From Chrysomallon squamiferum (taxonomy: Eukaryota > Animalia > Mollusca), in assembly GCA_012295275.1 (NCBI GenBank), contig CM022665.1:30628001-30692000 (forward strand): a DNA stretch of 64,000 nucleotides, given 5' to 3'. A program made the translations under genes and the position numbers. The first letter of the stretch is position 1; the number at the start of each line of letters is the position of its first letter. The notes under the pieces are model-generated. The model was given only the letters and a program-made list of their open reading frames with translations. It ran no database searches and was not told where the DNA came from. Positions 45,917 to 57,700 of the stretch are shown here, one piece after another.

Positions 45917-48209
45917 TGATGTTACACTGAATTCTTATAATTATTCAGATAGATTTCAAGAAATTTCTTGGTGCAGTTAAAAAATCCAGATCGTTTTGAT
46001 AAAATTATCATTTGAGAAATCACTGAGTCTCTGTTACTGTTCAGAAAGCAGTATTAGAGATCTTTATAAATGAAATGTAGAAAAGGTCCTAATTTTTTAA
46101 CTGCTGAGCAGTTTTTAATAAGCAGGCTAATATAAATTGGCAACTTCATAACTTTGTTAAAAGTTGTAAAAATTGTTTTTACTATTTAATTTTTTCTGTG
46201 AAGAAAAATAAATTATATATTACAATTTTTATGACTTCTCTTGTTTTTATGATTTAAAACGAAGGGGTGATGGTAAGAATAAAGAAAATTAATAATTATT
46301 TTGATTGTCAACTATTAATAGGGTCTCCGAAGACAAATATGTTTTCCTAAATTGACATAAGATATATATCATACAGATTATCATTAAACTCGGAACAAGT
46401 GTTATATCGATTGAACCGATTTTCTTTGTTGTTTTAATCAACACTACTTGCATTTAATAATAAAATTGTTTAATAAACAGCAACCACTGAAATTTTAGGC
46501 GAATACATGATACTGTAAATATTTAAAGTATGTTCTGAATAATCATCAAGCAGTTTTTAGGTAATTAATATCAGACATTGCAAACTACATTTTTTATTCA
46601 GTTCTCTTCCATTTCTCGATGCACTGACCTTTCAGGCTTATTTACTATTCACTTTTATTGAAAAGATGTTAACAGTTACAAAATATAGCAATTTGTAAAA
46701 TCTATACGGAATGGCTTCACCTTTGTTTGTACTCGGACAGCCATCGCCAATAACGACCAACCTCTCAGTAAATAAAGGAAAACAAATCGATCCCCGAGAT
46801 TTGACATTGATTTGCAAATAGTTTCCTTCCGACTGTTATTGTTAAACATTCTTACATTTTAAGCAACTTAAAATAATCTCTTTAATTACTGATTTATTGG
46901 GTAAAGTCATCCAGTAAAGCAGTAATTAAAAATAATGGAAATGACTTCAAAATACATATATGCCTTTAAATTTAAAAAAATATTTGTGATGTGCATTGTT
47001 ATTAGCTTTATCTGAATTTGTGGTTGCTGCAACTTTTCTGTGTACATGACACTATTTCCATGAAAGCATTATGAAGAGACGATAAACTAACCCCCTCCAA
47101 AAATACCCAAAACACTTTTTATACATCGATTAAATGTAAATTGATTTTTCACAAGTGGTTTCCGCTTACCTGATCAAAATCAATGAAGCAAGTATTTTGT
47201 AACAGAAAAAACACAACTGCTGACAATTTGTTTTCAGAAATGCTTTGTGTAAACATTAATTTTCTTTTGAAATAATTGTCATTGTCAAACTTCTGAATTT
47301 GTTCAATATTTGTTGAAATTAGTAATTATGATAAAGTTTTAAATATATTCGTAATTTACCTATAACCAAAGACACAATAAGAAAAATTATCCTGTTGTTT
47401 GCACAAAAATAAATTAATCCATAAATGAAATATCAAATATCAAGACACAATAAAAGTACTGAACTTGAATTCATAGACATATTTTCAAGCTTGACCTGTA
47501 TTTTCTCAAAAACCATTAATATTAAAATTCAGAATGAAGATTATAAAAACAGATTTCAAATTTTAATGGAGTTTTAATTGGAGTAAGGACATGATAAAAA
47601 TAAATTAAAAACTGTTTATTTCTGTTTATTGTAAACAGTAATGAAAAATACATAGATAAACACAGGAATAAGAGGAAAAAAAAATACAGTGAGATTTGGA
47701 AGTTTATTAGAAACAACGGCCATCTACAGTGTAATCAAAATTTAGATTATTTCATTTTACAGAAATTAGATAAAATTACAAATAGAATTACAATGTTCAC
47801 AACATACAACCTTTTTTTTTCTTTTTTCTTTTTTTTGGTCACTATTAAAAAGTAATTAAAAAAAAATAAATAAAAAATAAACAACAAAAAAGTATATCAG
47901 CTCTAAACTTTTAACAACATAACTGTACAGAATGTTATGATTTATATATATAAAAAAAAAAAAAAAAAAGATTTTAAAAATGTTAAAATAAACAAAGTCC
48001 CAAAGTCTCTTTTTTTGTTTCTGTTATAATTTTTTAAAATATGTTTTCATGCATTATACATTTAATTTTTCTTGCTTTTATATCCAATATGAATATTTGA
48101 AGAAACAAATCTGCACTAGAAGCAAACACATATATATATTAGGAATGCAGAACTGTTTTAAAGCCAAGATGTTCTGGGGCAGCTCACTATGGAAACAAGT
48201 GTGTCAGTT

Positions 48210-51200
48210 TTAACCAATGATAGGAGTGGAAGAGAAGCACAACTTGAGGATGTATGGATTCTTTCCAGCTGGAATACAGAACATAAAACAACAAACTGAA
48301 TCACATTTATGACTGAAAATACATTCTCAACAAAAATTATTTTAATCATTTTTTATTATTTAAAAAAAAAAAAGTGTAAAACTGAAATAATCATTTAAAA
48401 TAACCTGGTAATTCTAAATTGTCAGATTGTTTTGAAAAGTATATACTAGCACATCATTTTCTATTGCAAACAGTTCATTTTTAAGACTGCTTTGTGAATC
48501 AACCTTTATGGAAAACAAAAATGCATTTTCTGAAATTTAATCCATACCTTCATGTGGAATTGGGGTATGATTAGTCAATGCAAGGGCTTCCATAGCATCA
48601 GATTTGTTCTCAAATTCAATTAGTCCAGTAGAACTTCTTTCGCCTGAAAGGAATGAATGAACATTTATTTAAAGACATAATACATCTTGTCTGAAGATGT
48701 TATTGGATCTAAAATTAAATTAATAGATTATATTAAAGCATTTTATACTTACTTTTTGAGGGGAACTGTTTGAATTTAATTGGTGGTTTGGCCTCAGCAG
48801 TTTCCATGATCTGAAATGAAATGTGAGAGAAAACTTCAAAGCATTCATTAACATTAAACAGAATTTAAAAAAAAAAATTTAAATTAATTATAAATGAACA
48901 AGCCAGATTTAGAAATAAAGAAAATAATAATAAAATAATTGAATGATAAAATATTTTTTGTCAGGCTTTTACAGGTATATACAGTGGTACCTTGACTTAC
49001 AAGGTTAAATTGTTCCATGATTGAGCTCGTAACTCAATTGTCTCGTATATAAAATCAATTTTCCCCAACTGAAATTAACTGAAATATCATTAGTTCATTT
49101 CAGCTCCACAAAATACACCCCATTTTTTTGAAACATGTTTTTAAATAAGAAAAATGTATTTATAAATGACAAATACTGTATGAAAAACAAAAGAAAAGAA
49201 ATAAATTGGTTTTCTAATGTGTATTAATCTTGGAGATATGACAATTTATTTTAAAGCCTTTGGCTGGAGTTACAGCCTTTATCGACTCCTTCTGCTTCAG
49301 TATGGTATATATCATAGAAGTACTACTCTCGTACTGCTTAGCCAAGTTGACTACACGCACACCTCACTCATGTTTTTCTATGAATTCATGCCTTAATTCA
49401 ATGGACATCATCTGCTTCTTCTTCTCAGCATTGTCCTTTGCACTCACAAAACAACACAGATGCTTCTGAAGCAAGGTAACCATGTGAATTTAACAAGTGA
49501 GATGTGGGATGCTAGCTGGATGTTGTGTTGTTTGTTGTGCCAATAAGCAGTGGCCTATATGAAGACTGCATGTAACTCAAAGCAAAAAATCGACTGGGCG
49601 ACTGCTTGTAACTAAAAAAAACTCTCAAGTTTAGCACTTGTAAGTCAAGGTACCATTGTATATAAATACCCCAGGACTAAAAGATACAAATGCTTTATAA
49701 CTTACTGTTCTGATCTCCTCATCTGTCAAATTTGGTGGAGCATTGAAATAATGTAGGACTTTGCCAGGAGCCTGGATTCGTGGACATCATTAAGGATAAT
49801 ACAAACTTCATTTAAACCAAAAAAATAGCTAAACATTAGCTATCTTAATATTATTACTAAGCTGATATCAATCATATTTTTAGGAAAAATAATTAATAAG
49901 ACATACCTTTCTAATAATATATCTAATTTTGTTACTTTAATAAAATCAAATTCTCCCCTGCCCCCAATGATACCAGATATACAGTTTTACCCTATACAGC
50001 AATATTTGTTGTATTAAAAATTAAATTTAGTTATATTTTCCAGAATTCCTGCTCTGTGATTTTTATCAAACTGAAACCAAAATGTAACAAATTACATTAT
50101 GATTACAACAGATAAATGTAGCAAAAGGATATTGTTTTTTTGAGCTGCCTCTGGATTAGTAAATCTGTTGTTTCGATTTCCCATGCAGTCCAGAAATGAG
50201 GAAGACCCATCAGGTAACTCATGTGGATTGTGAACATCTTGAAGATATGCTTGTTTTGAGTGACTGAAATTGTATATTGTTTGTCACTGTTTGGTGTCAA
50301 TATATATAATTTGTGTCCATTCATAGATTTCTGAATTAAACTAATTCTCACTGTGATAAACCTATCTTACAAGTTGTATAGGTAATTGTTGGAACATAAC
50401 TCTAAATATAAAATTATTAATATACAAAATGTATCTCAAATATCCTTAAAAAAATTTAAAAAAGAAAAAGATAAAAGAAATTAAATTTAAAACAAAATAA
50501 ATAAAAATTGTAGCAATACTTGTTATTATTACTTTTTTCTTTTTGTTTTGGTCTTTTTTGTAGTGACCCACACAGTCTGGTGTAAATAGAAAATATTCCA
50601 ATAATTATATTTTACCTGAGCTGCAGCTTGCTGTCAAAAAGAGTCATCTGATTTAGATTATGAATTAGACGTTCCACTGAGAGCTGGTCTCCCATCTGAA
50701 CCATGGCAGAACCTTCTTTACTCTTGAGAAACTTTATCTAGAATAACACCCAATTTACAAAACTATAACAAAATACACATTTACAAATGCATATGGTAAA
50801 ATGATTAAATAAATATATTAACTGCATATTTAATTTAAAAAGTAAAAAGCATGTTCTACTTAAGTACTGAAATGATGTCTTTAACAGCTTCACTCTAAAT
50901 ATTTACTAAAATTCAGTAGATTAACTAATTTTATTCTCTACTGTAAGAATAACCATCAATGTTTACTGTGTTTAAAAAATACTATATAATTTACCTTGAC
51001 AACATTGCCATACAGACAGAATAAATTGAAAAGTCTTTCACAATTCATTTTTTCCATGTTTAGTCCATATACCATGACAACTGAACTTTGCTGCTGGGAA
51101 GGTCCAGGTCCAGGGCCCATTCCCATATCTGGAAAAGGTGGTGGCCCATAAGGATCCTAAAAAGAAAATATATTTTTAGAACTTTCATTTAAAAAAACGC

Positions 51201-54145
51201 AATCTCACCACCTGATTATATTTTTGGCTGTATTTTTTGTTGTCTTTCCACCACCCTTTGTTCTTCCTTCTTGTCTATAAATGTAATTGGAAAACAAATG
51301 GTAATGCATTTTGTTCAAATATATATCCATTTTAGTTTTGTAAGCACATACCAGCATCTATAGTTATCATAATCACACTGTCAGCCACTTAAAATACTAA
51401 TACATACTTAATGAACTGAACATGGACACACACATGCATGCACGCACGCTTGTAGAAAGAAAAAAATTCCATAAGGTATTTACCAATAAACAATACTAAC
51501 TGCATGTTGGAAAGTTTCAAGACAACCAAACACAGCTGACTTACCACTGCATGATCAGCAAACCTATGGGGAGGTCCATACTGATCCTGGAACAAGTAAA
51601 ATCCAGGTTATTTGTTATCTTTACTGATTTCACCTACATACATCCCGTAACAATTACAAATACTTCTCATTCCCCCTTCCCCAATCTGAAATGGTTAAAT
51701 ACTCACTTCACCTTTCAAAAGTAATATTTGAAAAAGAATTTTCAGTTATAGCTGCTGTCAAAGTTAATTTAAAGAAAGGAATTCAATTACCATAACACCA
51801 GGCTTCCCTCCAAATCTGTCAGGTGGTCCACCAAATCCACGACCAGGACCTCCATATCCACCATCATAATCTTGCTCATAATAGGCTCCAGGACCATATC
51901 CTCCACCATGTCCAGAAATATCTGCAGGGCCATCTAACACGTGAAAATAACATTACATTCTTCTACTGCAGGCGGGGGATAAAACTATCATTAACTTTCT
52001 GTGGTTTCCTTATCTTTTTATGTGATTTGTGGAAAATAGATAGGAATTGCTGCTTATCAAGAAAATCTCCATGACCAAAATGCTATTTTTTCTGAAATTC
52101 ATTATCAGCCAGTACTGTTACAAAAAGAACTACTTGTTCAACATTATAAATTTACAGATACAATTTCAGTTTAACTAAAATACAAATTCAACTCCCTTAT
52201 AAAATAGTTATGGATTAATATTTTTGGTAATTGGAAGAAAAAAAAAGAAAAAAAAGGAATGTTCATTAAATCTAATATTATGGAGGGAAAATGGCCAGGA
52301 AGGAAACATTTGAAAATGAAATGTAACCTTTTATTCATTCATTCAAAAGCTCACAATCATGAGTATCAACAATTACAAATTTAAAAAAAAAAAATTAATA
52401 AAAAAAATTCAAACATCAAATAAAGAAAGAAAGAAGAAAAAAATTGTTTTGTTTATATATTTTTATGTATTCCCCCACCATTTGCAAAGAAATTGTATGA
52501 GCCTTCAATTTGTTTAAAGGAAAAAAATAAAAAAATAAAAAAAATAAAGGTTTTGTATTTTTCTTAAATACTGTACATTATTAAAAATATAGCTGTATAA
52601 AATAAAATTAGTATTTAAAATAAAGTTACACTATATACAGTAGTAATCAACACTTCCCCAATTTTGACTGAAGGTAAAAATGTGGCCAAAGCAAAATTGA
52701 TCATTATCAGCACTTATAAAATCCAGTGACAAAATAACTTCATGCACTGCACTGTAATCTACACCACACGATAAGCTAGCAGGTTAAAATAAAACAGTAG
52801 TCTCATTTGAAAACTACTTACTATATGGAGCAGGAGTTCCTCCCATTCTGGGATCAGCCAGCAGCGGCATGTTGCGATGACCCGCACCTTCCTTTCCTAA
52901 TCATAAAATTATTTAACAGTCAATCAACTTGAAACATTTGCTTACATCTACTAGTACTGCTGACATTAAAATCCAAACTGATACCCATGATCCAGGTATT
53001 TTTTTTTTTAATTAAAAAGTAAACATTTACTTCAAATTTTATTTTTTATGCCACCAGTTTTTGATGTTTCTTAAATTTAAAACCAAAAATATTCAAAAAG
53101 ATGCTTTCTAAATAGGCAGACTTTAATTTTCACCCTCCAAATTAGGTTCTCTGAATTCTGATCATTTACACTGAAATGAATTTAAGAATCAGCTTTTTAA
53201 AACAGCTAGTGAAGGTATTTTACAAGGAATATCGATACAAGATGTGAATAAAGCTAGCATGGACTTGCCGCTTAAAACTGCTAAAGATACTACCTGTTAA
53301 CATATCATTTTACATTACTAAATGTGGATGCAAGTTAAACCTTAGTAAGGAAGAATGTTTTTTTCCTTCACCAACTTTTTAAAAACAATTTTATAAATGC
53401 TTGAAATGATCAGTTCATTTTTATTCTTACTATCCATTAAAGCATTTCAAGTTCTTTCATGCAATTTGTTTTAGGGGATTTTGTTGTTTTGTTTTTAACT
53501 TTAAAACCTTTACACTGAAGCATTTCATATTTACTTTTCACATCCATATTTGTTACTGTGTCAAAAAAATACAACATCTTAAAACAGTATTTTAGGATAT
53601 CAATTGACTCCCACTGTACAGTTTGTTTTAAAAATCCATAAAATAAATGAAACTACCCTTGTCAAATAAACATGGCATAAATTCATTCATTCATTACAAA
53701 CAAACATAAGGGAGTGAAGAAAATTGATCATTAAATATTCTCAACAAGCACAGCAACTCTATCTATTCCACTGTGTCAGATGTTTAATCCTAATACTCTT
53801 AGTATAAACTTATTCTGTGAAACTGTGCAACTTGTATAATATTTAAACAAAAACCAACACTCTAAAAGAATATCTTGTTCAGTCCATGACAGATGAAAAA
53901 TATTTGTATATAAATGCAACACATCTTAATTTGTTTTTTGTTAATACATGACATTCCATTTATGAAAAGAAACAGTATAGTTTACATTATCTAAAAACAA
54001 AAAACAACAACATAACAAAAATGATTAAGTAAGAAATGTTCATAAACAAAAACTTGTTACAAGGAACTACAGAACAGCTGAAATTACATACTCATATCTT
54101 TAGTTCTTTTTATAGTTCGGACTATATATACACACAAACACGTAT

Positions 54146-54216
<71 letters not shown>

Positions 54217-54696
54217 CATATACACAGACACACACACACATATATATATACATATACACACACACACACATACATAGATATATATCTATACATACACATA
54301 TCTATACATATTTATATATATCTACATACACACACACGTATACATATATATATATATATATAGAATAAGAAAATAATATTCAAAATGTAATTTATTAGCA
54401 GAATAATTAATATACTGTTAAAAAAAAGAAAGGTTAATTGTGTTAAAATACAAAATCCATTGTTATGGGGTAAAAAATTCACATTATCTTCACAGCATCA
54501 ATAATAATTTTAAAGATTAAAAAATAAATAACTAAATAAACATCCTAAATACTGTAAAAATTATTAAACAAATCAGTCTTATTGTTACAAGTTCTGGGTT
54601 AGATTTCAGATAGATAATCTTTTTCAATAGCAGTCTGCTTAAATTTGGTTGTTTTTTCTCTTTTCTTTAGATTAAATCCAAAGGCAGGATATAACA

Positions 54697-54742
<46 letters not shown>

Positions 54743-57700
54743 CATACAGGTTACACACTGACTGTTGCAGAATGATAGAGTTGTCTACACATATTTGCTT
54801 GGAACTCTCCCTTTGGATAAGCGAATCATGTGCACATCGTCATGGCCACATTACACATGCCGCTTTAGCAACACAATACCATGCAGACACCAGCAGAAGA
54901 AATGTGTCTTCCATCTTGTGGAGCCAGCCCATGGGCCACGTCTGACCCTGCACAATGTACAATCACTTGATTAACAAAAAAAAAAAAAAAAAAAAAAACA
55001 ACCAGTCAACAATCTAGTATGAATGTCATGTGCCATGTTGTGTTGAAATGCACTGCACTAGGTAGTATTCACGTTCTTGTAACTGGCATGATGTATTTTG
55101 TTATTTCTTCTGTTACACAAATCCCAGTTTTGTAAGCTGTGTTATCTCTGGTTTCTATAAATGTTCCTGTATGTTGTGCATTTATTAAAAGATGGGTGGA
55201 TCACACTGTATATTCCTGTTTGTATGATTGCCATTTCTTCTGTTGTAAGAAATGTGTAATGTCTTCTGATCCCATGCTTTGTTTTTAAGGTAAGAGTTTG
55301 TTGTCTTCCATGTTAAATCCATGAAATGTTTGTGATGAACTACTTGTTCACTGATGGTTCCTTTTATTGGAAGAACTCCACATCAAAGATATCATGCAAC
55401 ACTATTTTCATTTTATATTTCATATGTATACATTGCATGAATGGAACTGAGCTTAACTTTACTGAAGTAAGAGTATTATATACAAACCATATACCCAGTG
55501 ACAAATATATGTGAAGAAAAATAAATTTTGCATGCATACCCATTACCCTGTGGCCTTGAGATTTTTTTTTTTTAATTTTAATTTCTCTGCAGCTATGAAG
55601 ATTGTAAAAAGCATAAAATAAATGCGAAAAAGCTGTTAACAATCATAATGAGAATAAATGTATGAATGAATGCATAGCTGCTTAATATACTATTCAAAGT
55701 GTGTAATAATTACTACCTTCTGATCCCATTAAACTGACTTGCTGTATTTCAAAAAGTTTTTTTTTTTTTTTTTTTTTTAGGAACACAGGTGTATGCATAG
55801 TAATTGCTGTAACTAATTACCTAGTCAATAAATAAGCTAGTAACATTGAAAAAATGGAGTACAAATACAGTACAAGCAAAACTAGTATTTATCACATTAA
55901 AAGGGATTTGTATTTTTATAATAAAATAACATAACTCAATGAATTGTTTAAAAAAAAAAAGGAAATAAAATAAATGACAACAGTAACCCCCAAGTTCATG
56001 AATACAAATTTTCCTTTAAAGTGACTGGTCTTGTTGCATGCATTTCATTATTAGTAATTCAATATATGAAGATTCATTTGCTTTTATTATTTTGTGGTGA
56101 CAAAAAAAAAAAAAAAAAAAAAAAAATTGAAATATGCCTAAAAGGTTGTGTCAAAACTTCCATGATTTGCAAGAAAGGAGGATAATTATAATGGATTAAT
56201 GAAAAACTACGTATGTAAATACATTTTTTTGCAGATAAAATATGTGTGTGTTTAAAATGTTCACAACATACATGTGATTGGTAAATTCATGGTTCACTGC
56301 AGAATGTGTTGAGTGTTTTTATGCTGGATTTTGTTTTGTGTGTGACAAATTAAATGTCAATTTTCTCACAACTTTATAAATTTAATTTTATAATATTCAA
56401 AATTTTAATGGCAGTTTTAAAATATTAAGTTTATAAGCATTTACTTTTAAGTATTAAATATATTCAGTACCAAGCTGAAAAATTAAACCAATTTAATAAT
56501 GAAAATTTAACTTGAATGCAAGAAAATTTAAGCTTTTATAAATATTTTAATGATTAAAATAATTAAATTTCAATGGCTGAAAAATACAAAAAGAAAATGC
56601 ATATTATAAATATCTTACCTAGGCTTGTATTTGTATAGTCTCTGCTTTCTGAATCATTTCTTACAACATTCAGTCTTGTTGGCTACAAATAAACAAATAA
56701 TTACATCTATGCTAAAATATGATTCTAGTGTTACTTCTAGTTTATCCAACACACAACATAAAACTGAAGGCCAATAATCATCTCTGCAGTGTGCTCTAAG
56801 TGTTAATTGCAGTGTGAATTAAATGAATACTAGCTTAATACACACTGAGTTGAAGGTTCAATCATTATCAGCTACTTCCCATTCTATGTAATGATTAGCA
56901 TGTTACTTATCAATAGCTATGATATGTAGATATAAAAGAAACATTGCTACTAATCAATCAATACCAACTTGTAACTTAATATGAAAATGTCTTAAAGTAG
57001 TATTATTTTATCTACAAACCTTAGCATATTCAATTTTCAATGTGCAGCATCCAGAATAGATGTCTGCTCCATTTAAAGACTGCTTGGCTCTTTTTGCTGA
57101 TTCAATACTATCAAATCTTTGAAGTTTTAAGGATAATCACAAGTTTTACATCAAATTTTAATCTTAAAAACTGAAAGCCACACTTTAACAGATATTATAA
57201 ACCACAAAGAGAATTGCATACAAATTTCAGAAAGGATAATGCTTTTTATAAAACAGTTTTACTTAGAAACACAAGGCCTGACATCAGTGCTCTAGTATAC
57301 CTATTTGTAAATTATTTCCACTACAATTTTGTAATTAACAGAATTCATTGTTTAAAATGTACTAGTTTTCAATAGGTTTCTTTTTAAATACTTATCTTAA
57401 TGTGAACAAAAATTAAAAAATTAAAATGTTTCAATAAAATTATATTTGTGTTCAACTTAGTTTCATCACATATAATCAACTGATTAATAATTCAGAGTTA
57501 ACTAATTTCAGTGAATTAATAGTATAATTTAAAATCCATCTACAATGGGCTACAAGGATACTCGACCATAGCCTGGACACCATTCTTTTTGAAGATGACA
57601 ATACGCAAAACCTGACCATATGCCACTGTAATTGTGTGCATGACATCCTAAAAAGTTAAAATAATGAAATATTAATACCAAAATAATACTGAATTCATAT

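Noticed and set aside
48158-48349. ORF-track frame as the hnRNP L C-terminus
   Set aside because: Splice phase puts the last exon in another frame (AGKNPYILKLCFSSTPIIG*), ending at 48210.
57228-57240. TTATCCTTTC inside the U12 GT-AG intron
   Set aside because: Resembles a U12 signal but lacks the RT start of a donor and the TAA of a branch site.
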